DNA from: Octopus sinensis
Taxonomy: Eukaryota
Length of the DNA: 64,000 nt
Direction of reading: 5' to 3'
Assembly (NCBI RefSeq): GCF_006345805.1
Contig: NC_043002.1
Location: 61,566,001-61,630,000 of the forward strand
Part shown: positions 1-11,990 of the stretch, in pieces
Position numbering within the stretch: position 1 is the stretch's first letter
Layout: each line of letters begins with the position of its first letter
Program-made: the position numbers and the translations under genes
Notes under the pieces: generated by a model
The model's input: only the letters and a program-made list of their open reading frames with translations
What the model was told of the DNA's origin: nothing
The model's database searches: none

Positions 1-32
<32 letters not shown>

Positions 33-33
<1 letters not shown>

Positions 34-990
34 CGAGAGTTAGTATGTGTGCGCGCGTGTGTAGTATGTTACTTATTCATTCCAAAACCGAGTTCCCGAT
101 TTTGACATATTGGGTATCAAATGCTTCAGTACTATTTCGGTTACCAACTAAACTTTATTTTCATTCCTTATTTGCGTTACAAAAGTTTATCATTATAATC
201 TTTTCCATAAGTCACCTTTCGTAAAAATTATATACAACGTCGACGAAGACGCCACGTTTTATATATGAGTGTGTACCTTAAAAGACATCCATCATCACGA
301 CACACACATTCACTCACTAATTTTCTCTCTCTCTCTCTCTCTCTCTCTTTCTCCCTCTTGTACACCTGCGCACACGGACACAGCACAGATACAGACACAA
401 ACGCACACGTCCATTTCATATTCACCTACATACATCTTTCACTTTCTCATCTCTTTCACCTCCTGCTCTTTCTTCCATTTTCGCTTTTTCTTTTCTTTCA
501 ATTTGTACTCTCTTCAAAGCATAATGAAATAATTTTTTTTACAGAATGAGCAAGAGAAACGCAGAATGAGAAAAAGACAGTGAGACAAGAGAAAGGAATA
601 GAGACAGAAAGCAAACTTCTATTGAATAAGATAAAAGATAAAATGGGATATGAGGTGAGAGAGAAATGCCGATGTTTATACCCTATGTATGATATATAGT
701 TAAAAGTGAAAGAAAACCTGCAGAAAATTAATACTGTATGTATTCTCTTAAATGTACGTCCAGTTAAATGTGCCTTCAAACACCTCCTGTTCCCAGGGCG
801 ACTGTTCTCAGCTATGACAATCAACAAAGCTCAGGGTCAGACTTTAAAAGATGTGGGTCTCAATTTACGAATACCTTGCTTTTGTCATGGACAACTATAT
901 GTCGCATGCTCTTGAGTTAGCAATGGAGATGACTTGTATGTTTATTGTACCAACACTGGACTTACGAGAAACCTAGTCTGCGAGAAGCAT
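33..990 (+). mobile_element. Degenerate Helitron remnant: 5' non-coding part plus C-terminal PIF1-like helicase fragment
   Basis: ORF 706-915 reads [41 protein letters not shown], matching PIF1/Helitron helicase C-terminal motifs (AMTINKxQGQ, HGQLYVAxSR). Bases ~33-720 are also homologous to 11271-11990. Confidence 0.8.
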
Positions 991-1406
991 TGTCGGCTTC
1001 ACTTAACATATGTTGAAGTGTGCAGTGTACCAAAACATTAGAGATCGTGTTTTTCACAATGTAGGAGCTTTCTTTCCATGTACCTTACTTCCAGCAATAC
1101 AGATAATTCTGCGTCCTCATATGTCATCCAATTGTGCACACCCGTTAGTCTAGGTCCTTTTGGAGGCAAATTTAGGATTTCACTCTAATCCAAACTGTCA
1201 TTCTACATGTTTTTGATGCAAAAATTCCAGCATTGTTCATCACAAAATGACCGAAAAACATGTTTAGCCATTTCTTCTCCTTTAAAAGGGAGGCTAAGCG
1301 ACTCTCATTCATGTTTTGAATCTGGCGGTATTAACATTAGCGGCCTAACGCCGTTGTATGGAAAGAGTCGTTCAAATGTTTTAGTACGTTCGGATTATTA
1401 CAGAAA

Positions 1407-1497
1407 ATCCATTCTGATGAGGAATATGGTTAGTAAAGTTTATATTTTTTAATATTCTTTATGAAAAAGACTATTTCAGAAACGCACGTCTATGGAT
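1407..1497 (+). ncRNA. Near-canonical type I hammerhead ribozyme fold
   Basis: ATCCAT(T)-CTGATGA(1414-1420)-long stem II-GAAA(1479-1482)-C GCAC G-TC(1489-1490)-(T)ATGGAT. Stem I is 6 bp with a U.U pair at the base; there is a G.A mismatch at the base of stem II. Confidence 0.55.
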
Positions 1498-1879
1498 AAT
1501 CGGATATTGATTGATTTTCGTTACGTTACCCTCTGCCTGTGTGAATAACCTTCAAGTATTATGGTTTCTCTGGATGACCATTTTTAAATTAGAAGAAATG
1601 GCTAAGATTTTTGGCTGCTTTTCTGAACTTCGGTGTGTGGTGAGGCAATTCTTTTGCTGAAACCTTTTTATTAGTATTACTAAAATTTACCATATGACGG
1701 TCCTGTTTTCATACCGAATTCTACTTGGTGAAATTTATTGATTATTTCTTAATAATTAATTTTACCCTTTGTTACTATATATATATATATATATATAATA
1801 CAAAATGGGACTAGAACTCAAAACATCCGGACAGTCAGGTGATGCAAAAATGGGACAACAAAACATCCATATTGGTGAT

Positions 1880-2050
1880 ACAAAGAAAACAAGGACGAGT
1901 CATTCGAAATTTCCTTTCTTCAATCAAGTACCAGATTATCTTCACAATTTCGGCTGATTATACTTGATATTGCTCCAATCTGGTGAGGCCCAAGGAAAAC
2001 CTAAGCTAACAACATTAGGTTCGTTGGAAGAAAGCAGCGAATGTACACAA
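1880..2050. repeat. Dispersed repeat, also present in reverse orientation at ~22735-22870
   Basis: AATTTCGGCTG(A/G)TTATACT(T/C)GA(T/G)ATTGCTCCAAT..CCAAGGAAAA segment matches the reverse complement of 22740-22830. Confidence 0.6.
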
Positions 2051-2230
2051 AAACATAAGAAGGAAGGAAAAAAACGGACAATATTACACAAATTCAATAA
2101 AAATAACAAGACATAACAATAGGTCTCTTTCGACTAAGGACGAATTAAATTAAGCTGGCGTGTGTGGAAATGAAGCTACACGGCAGGTGCGTATATATAT
2201 ATATATATATATCTATATATATATATATAT

Positions 2231-3008
2231 ACTGCCGCGTATAAAACAATGTTGATAGCGTTATTAACACACGCTAACATGTCCAAGAATGTAATAAATA
2301 CGTCGTCACTGAAAAACCATTAGAAAGTAATGTATAGACACAGGAAAGGTTATACGTGATGTAGATCTTCGTTGAAAATTCTGGCCAAGTTTCGAAGGCT
2401 GGAGTATTTTATAAATCATGAGAATGAGACATGAGGAATAATACTATAGCAGGTAGAAAAGAATATAATACGATTGCAACACACAATTTGTATTCATAAT
2501 TGTTTATAAGAATCATAATCATTTTGTAAATTATAGCAACACAGATAAGAAGTGCAAACACTACCATGTAAGGTTTATATCGTCCGGAAGAATAAATTTT
2601 AGGAAAGGGATGCAAAATTGCTCCCAGCCGTTCAATTGATATGAGTACTGTAATCCAGGAGTAATATATATTAAAAAAACAATGACATGATCTCCACGGT
2701 TAGACTGGATAATATATTGGTATCTGGAGCCAATAACTGTAGAGAATAAGATACCCGTATGATTCTCGGACAGATCAGAAAAATCGAAATCATATCTACT
2801 GAAACTAGGCGTATGAGATAGGGAACGATTTTATTCTTACGCATATTCTTCCTGCAAAATGTTGCCATGGCTGTTATATTCCCGATAGTTCCAAACGTAA
2901 ATAGCATTATAGAACAATATCTTATGGACGTAATGAAATAAATATTTGCATGATTAACTTCCAGGCTATTGTTGGTCACTGTATCCTTTTAGTTATGTGA
3001 TTTACCAT
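2231..3008 (-). pseudogene. GPCR subfamily B pseudogene (close paralog of 16263-17180)
   Basis: Fragment ORFs 2671-2979 and 2409-2615 are near-identical to the 16263 protein. Lesions: -1 indel near the start, extra A in an A-run (~2673-2679), +1 base near 2426, ~55-bp deletion over ICL3/TM6 (~2352), and the 3' end replaced by (TA)n. Confidence 0.9.
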
Positions 3009-3149
3009 TATTTAATATGTAAAGTATTCCTGGCAAAACTAAATAAATTTTAACCTTGTTTATATACATATATGATATAATATAATATAAATAATATATA
3101 ATTATATGCATATATACATACATATATGTACACACCTATATATATATGT

Positions 3150-3440
3150 ATATATACATGCATATATGGGTACAAGACATAAAAAAAACGCTTAACACAA
3201 TGACGAACGAAGACATAAAAACAAAGACATGGTAACGAACTTTTTTTCGAAGAACAAGCAAAACAAACAGAGAAACGAGACATACTACTTAAAGAATATT
3301 TCCCTTCTTCATTTGTTCCTGTTTCAACTACGCCGCATTGGAAGGCTATGACAAGACGCGACTTCGTTGAAACAGTCCTACCCGCAAAGCAAACTGATTA
3401 AAATTTGTGATTTTTTGCTGAGGTGAAAGTGGTATCATGA
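3150..3440. repeat. Dispersed non-coding repeat (other copies ~26210-26400 and ~39780-40030)
   Basis: Shared ATATGGG(T)AC(A/G)GGACAT-AAAAAAACG-TTGAACACAATGA...GAACTTTTTT...AGAAACGAGAC core in three places. Confidence 0.75.
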
Positions 3441-3742
3441 ACAGAACAGTGAGAACAAAACAGTAAAAAGAAACGGCGAGGGCTGTTAAGCCAAGACGAT
3501 AGAAAAATTATTATGAACGCTAGGAAGACGAGCTGATGAAGCACGTTTAGTCTTTACGAAGGTTGTGGGTAGAAAGGTAGATTCTATTTCGTCATGTGTC
3601 AGAGACGAGAGGGTCTACGAAGAGGGGTGAGAGAGAGAAAGAACGGTGAACATGTATATATATATATATTAATAAAAGAAATAAAACATATGCATATATA
3701 TAAACATATATGTACGTACCTACCTCTACATGTACATATACA

Positions 3743-3877
<135 letters not shown>

Positions 3878-4612
3878 GCAGCAGGCTTCAATGAATTACT
3901 CTCTGCAAAATCCACTCTCAAGATTTTGGTTGGCCCGAAGCTCTAACAGAAAACACTCGCCCAAGGTGCTTCTCCAATCTTTAAAATTGCAAATATCTAA
4001 ATTTCATTTTGAAATTTTGCGTGAACTGTCGTTGATTGAATAATTTATACACATACAGCAATAACTGATCATTAAATTTGTGTTACTTAGAGCATATTCC
4101 CTGGATCTACAAGGTTTCAACTGCAGCGACTGCAGTTGAAACACGTGATCTTTAAAATATATACATTTAAACAATTTAAATAAACACATTGCACAATGTA
4201 TAATTATAATTATAGTAATAATTGAGAAACGAAGGCATTCCCCACTCTCCAAAACAAACCAAATATATTAGAGTACCCTTACATTTATAATGTACCCTAT
4301 ACAATAAGTGGAACGATCGTCTATTGGAAATTGTCTAACTTTGTTAAGGAATAATGTTGATAGAATTTGAAGCGGGAATACTAACTAGAAATTTATAAAC
4401 GTGGAACATCCCCATATTGTGTAATGTATTTTAAAATACTTATATACAAACATAGATATAGTTATATATTTGTATGCACATATAAATGAATATATGTATG
4501 TCTATATAAACAGAAGGCAGATTGATGATACATAGATTATTATTATTACGACAATTATGATAATACATGTTGATACTTACGGAATTGATAAAGTGTTGAA
4601 ACATCGAAAGTC

Positions 4613-5542
4613 TTAGTGCCGCGTTGTAACCTGGAGCGAATACACATTACGTCTGTTTACGGAAGTCTCTTTACAACATATTTGTTTCAGGTTGTCGCGA
4701 AATGATTTGCTTACCACAACATACAACATGAAGTTGAAAACGTTATTGATACAAGCCAGCACATCAAAAAACAAGATGGCAATATCTTTTTCATCGAGTA
4801 GGAATATTGTCAGGTAATTAATAGATGAAGGAAATGTGGTTAAGAGAAAGAGTGCGTTTATTGCAATCACTGAATAAATAGTACTTTTTGACTTCTCTGA
4901 AATGTTTCGTTGCATATGTTGACCGAGGTCTGGTCGATGCAGTATTTTATACAGCAAAAGGATGGAACTTATTATCAAAATCATCCCTGGTAAGAATGAA
5001 TAAATGATGTGTATAGCACACGAAATGTACGTCTCATTATTTAAAAATACTGCTAGCGTTGTATACGTAACAGCAACACATACAAGAAGCAGAAGCAGTA
5101 CTAGGTAAGGTTTATAACGTTGTGAAGAATGAAATTGTGAAAATGGGCAAAATATTGCCAACAGACGTTCCAGAGATACGACAACGGTTATCCAGGAAGA
5201 GTATATAAATAGAGAAGCGATTAAAGCCTTGTATATTTCACTGCTAAAAATATCTGAAAGTGCCGTCTTAGGTTGAGAAGTAGTTGAAAACCAAATTGGC
5301 TTTGGTAAATATGTCGAAAGCGCAATGAAATCTACAAGAGCTAAACAATGAAGATATGGAACAATTTTTGTCTGACGCATTTGTTTCTTGAAAAATATTG
5401 CAAAAATTGCTAAATTTCCGACAGATCCAAATATCAATAAAATTATTGCAACATACGGTATAGTTCTAAGTAAATACACATTTTTATAATTTTCTGTCTG
5501 GCTACTATTGGTCAATACGACCATCATTTCTGTTTTGTTCAT
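4613..5542 (-). CDS. Class A orphan GPCR, subfamily A (309 aa; FMRFamide-receptor-like/chemoreceptor-like)
   Basis: Seven hydrophobic segments; GN1.50 (FGSVGN), D2.50 (LALVDF), SLERL at the DRY position, P5.50 (SFLP), TTFP in TM6, NNVFNFMLY in TM7, helix 8 SKSFRDNLKQICC; N-terminal N-glycosylation sequons. Confidence 0.93.
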   Translation of the reverse strand: MNKTEMMVVLTNSSQTENYKNVYLLRTIPYVAIILLIFGSVGNLAIFAIFFKKQMRQTKIVPYLHCLALVDFIALSTYLPKPIWFSTTSQPKTALSDIFSSEIYKALIASLFIYSSWITVVVSLERLLAIFCPFSQFHSSQRYKPYLVLLLLLVCVAVTYTTLAVFLNNETYISCAIHIIYSFLPGMILIISSILLLYKILHRPDLGQHMQRNISEKSKSTIYSVIAINALFLLTTFPSSINYLTIFLLDEKDIAILFFDVLACINNVFNFMLYVVVSKSFRDNLKQICCKETSVNRRNVYSLQVTTRH

Positions 5543-5724
5543 ATTTTCTTCTCATTCATCCACCGGTGAGCAATTGTGGACCACAAAAATAACTAAATGA
5601 ATCCAATTTCTATTAAATTTTTAAAAGATCCCATACGGTTTCACGCGTTGCTGTTTAATAACAGTGTGTCACATCTAATTCGTGTCGAGCGATATCAGAT
5701 AGTTAAGTAGATAAAATATGTAGG

Positions 5725-6790
5725 CAAGTAGATAGATCGGCATGTGTATATTTATATGCATGTGAATACATGTGTAGAGACATCGTTATAATGAATCCAG
5801 GTTCGTTTTTATTGATTGAGTACTTCTGCTTTAGTATTAATTTCTGTATTTTAGGTAACTCTGTCCTTCACGTTGTTGATGATGTGGCCATCGAAGACAA
5901 TAACAATGAGGTTATTAATGATGATAATGATGACGATGGTGATGGCGAAGTCTATTGGAACAAAGATCACTACTATGATGATGATGAAATTGCAAAGATG
6001 ATTTTACTGGTTGATTTAACATTTTTAACAGGATGTACAACGATAGAAACTGTGAATTAATCAATATCTCTTTCATTTATAATACATCCTGCTAAAGGTT
6101 TGGACACTGTTAAGTAACTGCAGTTGTTCGGGTGCGGTCTTATTTTATGATTCTGCAAGTTTTAACAAAATATATTATTCGTTTAGTGCATATGTTACAC
6201 GCCTATTAAATGAAACCACGTTCAAATATTATTACTGTCTCATACGACTTGTGAAACGACTAACTGCATTGATCAGGTGCCCTTCGATCTTATAACTCAT
6301 TTTTTACAACATGGTAGATATGAATGTCTCCTACTTTTGTGAGCATGGTGTATGGAATACCGCTCAACGGTGCCCAAGCCATAGTATTCAAAGTCGTTTA
6401 AATAGGAAACATTGGAGGTGAAATGTCAGCGGTAAGTTGATGAGGAAAACTATCGACCGTCAACTTCAGATTAACGTAGATTGAGTGAGAATGACGAGAT
6501 TCATAATATAATACGTACGGCTTCTCAAAGGTTAACTCTCTAAATATAGGGCTTGAGAAACGACTTCATTGTCACGATGTAACGTACATGATCGATGCAA
6601 AAGATTACTGGGGAAAAGTGAGGTAGCACAGCATGGAATTCTTCGCTAACGTTACGGCGATGAGTGCCTTCATTTTCAGTTGGACCCGACCGCAGTCGTG
6701 TAAGTCTGAAAGCCGTGGTATACTGGCCAGACAGCGTAGGACAGGCATTTTTTAGGCCACCTCTTCTATGCCACTCCCTTACTGGGTCAA
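5725..6790. repeat. Segmental duplicate: upstream region of the 4613 gene, copy 1 (copy 2 at 10050-11150)
   Basis: Colinear high similarity with 10050-11150 from GATAGATCGGCAT to GCAAGCAGTGCATT. Confidence 0.9.
6058..6140 (-). promoter_or_regulatory. Conserved A-type upstream module (ATCRAT plus CAGGAWGT motifs)
   Basis: ATCAAT at 6060-6065 and ACATCCTG at 6084-6091, ~540 bp upstream of the ATG. The same pair occurs upstream of all A genes. Confidence 0.55.
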
Positions 6791-7064
6791 GCAGTGCATT
6801 GCTAAAATTCTACTCAGTAGTCTGGGACGTTGTCTAAATCCTCCGCTACACCGAGTTCGAAGAATAACAACCAAAGTCCCAAGCCGCCTACATCAGGAAT
6901 GTGACTATGACTTCCGATGGCTAATTCCACCTGTCACGTTCACCATTGCCCCGTCACTGGAGGACTTCAGTGGAAAGTTGGGGCTGAAATACACAATGTA
7001 ATATTCCCTAATGAGTGAGATCCAACAGTTTTTAAACTTGGTCATTCCAAGTAGAGAATTTATA

Positions 7065-7295
7065 TATATATTTCTTTACTACCCACAAGTGGCTAAACAT
7101 AGAGGGGACAAACAAGGACAGACAAAGGGATTAAGTCGATTACATCGACTCCAGTGCGAAACTGGTACTTTATTTATCGACCCCGAAAGGATGAAAGGCA
7201 AAGTCGACCTCGGTGGAATTTGAACTCAGAACGTAACGACAGACGGAATACCGCTAAGCATTTCGCCCGGGGCGCTTACGTTTCTGCCAGCGTTG
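7065..7295 (-). mobile_element. Short SINE-like repeat (same family as clusters at 36.6-37.9 kb and 41.1-41.7 kb)
   Basis: Contains CGACCCCGAAAGGATGAAAGGCAAAGTCGACCTCGG...TTTGAACTCAGAACG, which includes a B-box-like GAGTTCAAA on the minus strand. Confidence 0.8.
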
Positions 7296-7860
7296 CAGAG
7301 TAAAAGGCCTTTTATTTAAAGTGACCCATAAATAGGGAAGGTATTAGTAGGGTCAAAAAGAAAACAGGAAGAGGAGAATGAAGAAAGAAAGAAAAAACAG
7401 AAAGCGAAAAAAAAGATGAGAAAGAAAAAATGAGACAAAAAAGAGAGAAGAAGGAGAAGAAAGTAAGGAAAAATTAATAAAATAATAACAAAATAAAAAC
7501 TAAAAATAAAAAAACCGGAAAAGAGGAATGTAGGAAATAAAGAAAAAAGAGAAAACAAAAAAGAAGATATAGATCAGTCAGTGGTCAGTGGACACAATTT
7601 GAGGTAGAAGTGGGAAGATGAAGGGTTCAAGGGAGAGAAAGGTGTTCTATCGTAAAAAGTTAGAAGGAATGGTGGGTAAGGGAGAAAGGAATGACAAATG
7701 TGTAGTAGTAGATTCTAAGTGTAGGGGCAGAGATTGGGGAGTGTACTATGAATAATTAAGGAATTTACGTTTAGCAGTTCAGTGCTTAGTAATATAATTG
7801 TCACATATTGCATTTACACACACACACGCACACACACACATATATATATATACACATATA

Positions 7861-8211
7861 TACATACATGCCACACGCTAAGAGGGACATTAGTAATTTC
7901 TACCAAAAATTTTACTAATCATACCCAATGCAATTTTTCAAAGCAAGACATTTAAAAAAATGAATTTAGTCTTGTATCACCTGTGATTTCGTACTTACAG
8001 GTCGTTTATTTATGATATGTTCAGAATCAGTCTTGCTGATGAGTACGGTCGCAACTGCGGTAAGTACGAAATCACAGGTGATACAAGACTAAATTCATTT
8101 TTTTAAATATCTTGCTTTGAAAAATTGCATTGGGTATGATTAGTAAAATTTTTGGTAGAAATTTTTGGTAGAAATGACTAATGTCCCTCTTAGCATGTGG
8201 CATGTATGTAT
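7861..8211. repeat. Foldback element: ~140-150-bp near-perfect inverted arms around a ~61-nt spacer
   Basis: The left arm 7861-7998 (CATGCCACACGCTAAGAGGGACATTAG...GTGATTTCGTACTTAC) is the reverse complement of 8060-8211, apart from a 13-nt duplication in the right arm and a few substitutions. It is embedded in TA/TACA microsatellite. Confidence 0.93.
8029..8090 (+). ncRNA. Canonical type I hammerhead ribozyme
   Basis: Stem I AGTCTTG(8029-8035)/CAAGACT(8084-8090); CTGATGA 8036-8042; stem II GTAC(8043-8046)/GTAC(8064-8067); GAAA 8068-8071; stem III TCA-CAGG-TGA; cleavage triplet AUA, cut predicted after 8083. Confidence 0.85.
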
Positions 8212-8872
8212 AATAATGCCCTCTATATATAAATTAATATGTTCAATAAAAAAGAATTATTTTCGAAATTTTTCTCTTATGAGGTTTTTCACGCTATCTA
8301 CCTGATAATTTCTTGTTAAGATTCCTTATTAAGAAGTTATCCTTAATTGTTAAATAATTATATAACATATATATATAATATATATATATCTGTAAATGTA
8401 ATACATGACAATTATTCGGTAGCCATTTATAGAGATATTCTTTTATATGTTTATTGCTCATAATTTTTACACGTACTTTTTCTGTATTCTACCTCCTAAC
8501 CTGCATTTTCCCGGTGCGTTTAAGGACGTTCTTACTCCTTGTTTTCTTAAACAAATTTTCCTGTATTTTTGCCTTCAGCCTTGTTTTTTCTTGTACATAT
8601 GCGTCTATAGACGTGTGTATGAACTTTCTGTGCGTGTGTGTGCTTATATAGACGTGTGCGGGTATGTGCATATATAGACGTGCGTGCGTGAGTGCATACG
8701 GGTGTGTGCGTATATAGACGTGTTTTACTCTCATGGTTTTTTCATACTTCTTTACACTTTTTTCCGTATTGTTGCCCCTAACCCTGTTTTTCATGTGTTT
8801 GTGCGTATATAGACGTGTGTATGAACCGTTTTGGTTCGCGCGCGTGTGTGTGCGTGTTGGATTGTATATATA

Positions 8873-10050
8873 CGAGGGGCGTTCAATAAGTAATGCCCCT
8901 GATCCACTTCCCTTAACAGTAGAGCAACAAAACTTGGCACAGTTATTAGTCTTTTTCTACATCGCAACCACCCAGAGTTACGCATTTCTCCCATTGTTTG
9001 ATGCAGCTCTGGAGACCGTTTTTGTAGAAGACCCCAGCATGGTCCTCCAACCTGGACGCGACTTCAGAAATCAAGGCTGCATCATCTGGGAAACGATTTC
9101 CTTCAAAAACAACTTCATGACTGGAAGAGGTGAAAATCAGAGGTGCAAGGTCAGGAAATTAGGGGGATGGGGGAGGAGTTCATAGCCATACGCGCCTGTG
9201 CTTCTGATCTGGCGACACGAGTTGTGGACCGGCGGAGCGTTGCCTCAGAAGGAGGATGCCTTTGCTGATCTTGCCCCGCCTCTTGATTTTGATAACTTCT
9301 CTAATTTCCTCAAAAGTGAAGCATAATAGGCTCCTGTAATTGTGGTACCCTTTGCCAGAAAATCTGTCATCCCTACTCCGTCCTGGTCCCAGAAGACTGT
9401 GAGCATGACCTTGCCAGCTGAGGGCTGCACCCTTGCCTTCTTTGGAGGGGGTGAGTCACGGTGCTTCCACTGCATTGACTGGGCTTTGGTCTCTGGATCA
9501 TAGTGATGGACCCAGGTTTCATCCTGTGTAATCAGTCTTTTGAAAAATTTTGACTCATCTTCTTGGCACATCTCCAAATTCACCCTCGAGCACTCGACGC
9601 GTTCTTGCTTCTGGAAAGGCGTGAGCAACCTGGGAATCCATCTGGCAGACACCTTTTGCATATGCAAATGGTCATGAATGATAGTTTCCACAGACCCGGT
9701 ACTAATCTTGACCTCATGGGCTATTTGGCGAATAGTCATGCGTCGATCTTCCAAAATGGAAGCCTCAACTTGACGGACAGATGCCTCATCACTGGCAGAA
9801 GGGGGCGACCAGATCTGGGAGCTGTTTCCACAGAGTTCCGACCATGTTGAATTCACGATGCCAGCGTTTTACAAGGTCATATGATGGGGCATCATCACAT
9901 AAGTTACTTTCATTTCATCAAAAGTCTCCCGTGTGTGCGTCCTTTCAAATACAAAAACCGGATCACTGCTCGACACTCAACAGGCTCCATTTCACACTTG
10001 ACTCGGTTCAAACACCTGTAAATCAGAAACCACAATTAATTCAGAGCCAT
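8873..10050 (-). mobile_element. Mariner-family DNA transposon, frameshifted transposase, one TIR retained
   Basis: TA|CGAGGGGCGTTCAATAAGT terminus at 8871-8895. ORF 9245-9856 has WIPRLLT, ITQDETWVHHYDPE and PSAGKVMLTVFW; downstream frames give NAPVH and HPP..PDLAPSDF. ATG at ~9990 (MEPVECRAVIRFL). Confidence 0.92.
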
Positions 10051-11150
10051 TATATAGGTAAACAGATAGATCGGCATCTTTATACTTACATGCATGTGAA
10101 TACATGTTTAGAGACATTGTTATAAGGAAGCTAGCTTCGTTTTTATTGATTGAGTTCTACTACATTTGTATTAATTACTGCATTTTAGTTGACTGTGATC
10201 TTCATATTGTTGATGATGTGGCCATCGAAAACAATGACAATGAGGATCGTGATAATGATGGCGAAGTCTATTGGATGTAAAGATCATTAATATGATGATG
10301 AAGAAATTGTAAAGATGATTTTACTAGCTGGTTGATGTTGATGCTTTAACATTTTTAAAAGCATGTAGAACGATAGAAAGTATGAATTAATCAATATCGC
10401 TTTCGTTTACAAAGACTTTACAATACTTCCTGCCAAAGGTTTGGACACTGATACGTAACTGCAGTTGTTCGGGTGTGGTCTTGTTTCTGGATTCTGCAAG
10501 TTTTAACAAAATATATTTGTTTAATGTATATATCACACGTCTATTAAATGAAACCACGATCAAATATATTTACTGTTGCTAACTATCTGTGAAACGACTA
10601 ATTGCATCGATCAGGTGCCCTTCGATCTTATAACTCATAGATTACACCGTGGTAGACATGACTGATTCCTAATTTTGTGAGCATGGTTAACGGAATACCG
10701 CTCAACGATGCCCCAGCAATTGTTGTCCAAGTGATTTAAATCAGGAGACATTGGAGGTGAAAAGTTAGCGGTAACATGATGAGGAAAACTATCGGCATTC
10801 ACTCCAGATTAACGTAGGTTGAGTGAGAATGAGCAGATCTATAATGAAATACGGACGGAGTCTCAAATGTTATCGCTCTCTCTAGATACAGGGCTTGAGA
10901 AACGACTGTATTGTCACGATGTAATCTACATGATCGATGCAAAGACATTACTGGGGAGAAGTGAGGTAGCACAGCATGGAATTCATCGCTAACGTCACGA
11001 CGAAGAGTTCCTTCTTTTTTAGTTGGAATCGACCGCAAACGCGGTAAGTCTGAAAGCCAAGGTAAACTGGCCAGACGATGTAGGGCAGGCTTTCTTTAGG
11101 CCACCTTTTCTAGGCCACACCCATACCGGGGCAAGCAGTGCATTCGTATT
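10050..11150. repeat. Segmental duplicate copy 2 of the A-type upstream region, with no GPCR downstream (orphan)
   Basis: Homologous to 5725-6790; retains ATCAAT (10390-10395) and ACTTCCTG (10425-10432). It abuts the truncated mariner instead of a gene. Confidence 0.85.
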
Positions 11151-11270
11151 AATAAAATGAAGTAGCATGAAATAATTGTACTACTCTACCTTGGATATAC
11201 TTGTTTCTTATTTTGATTATATATATATAGATTGATAGATAGATATAGATTATGTATATATATATATATA

Positions 11271-11990
11271 ATCTATATCTATAAAGGGAGTTTGCATGTA
11301 TGTATGTGTGTGTGAGTATGTTCTTTTTGAATTCCAAAACCGAGTTACCGATTTTGACATATGGAGTATCAAAAGTTTCAGTACCATTTCGGTTACCAAC
11401 TAAACTTTATTTTTATTTACATATTTGCATTACAAAAGTTTAACATTAGAATCTTTTCCATAATTCAACAATGGTAAAAAGTTTATACGACGACGACGAA
11501 GACGTCACCTTTTCTATACGAGGGTGTACGTTAAAAGACATCCATCATCACGACACACACCTTTACTCATTCACTCACTCACTCTCTCTATCTCTCTCTC
11601 TTTTTCTCTCTTGCTCACATGCGCACACAGACATAGACTTAGATACAGACACACACACACACGTCTATTTCATATTCATCTACATACATCTTTCACTTTC
11701 CCATCTCCTTCACTTTCTGCTCTGTCTTTCCTTTTCGCTTTTTCTTTTCTTTCAATTTTTGCTTTCCTCAAAGTATAATGAAATAAATTTTTTAGAGAAT
11801 GAGCGAGAGAAACACAGAATGAGAAAAAGACAATGAGTAAAGAGAAAGAAATAGAGACAGAAAGCAAATTTCTATTGGATAAGATAAAAGATAATTTGGG
11901 ATATGAGTTGAGAGAGATATGGTCATGTTTATACCCTATGTATTATCTATAGTTGAAAGTGAAAGAAAACCGGCAGAAAATTAATGCTGT
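11271..11990 (+). mobile_element. Helitron-like 5' portion (non-coding), paralog of the window start
   Basis: Begins A|TCTATATCTATAAA, a typical Helitron 5' terminus, and is colinear with ~33-720, which leads into a PIF1 fragment. Confidence 0.65.

Noticed and set aside
2231-3008. Possibility that this pseudogene is only a homopolymer sequencing error
   Set aside because: It also has a ~55-bp deletion, other indels and a 3' truncation, so it is a genuine pseudogene.
3520-3570. CTGATGA followed by GAAG; similar isolated cores at ~33415, ~34308, ~54166 and ~56693
   Set aside because: No GAAA with correctly paired stems I-III.
6084-6091. Reading the conserved CAGGAAGT/CAGGATGT as a splice donor
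   Set aside because: Bases after GT vary (AT, CT, TT, AA) and do not fit GTRAGT, while the upstream CAGGAW is fixed; this fits a transcription-factor site better.
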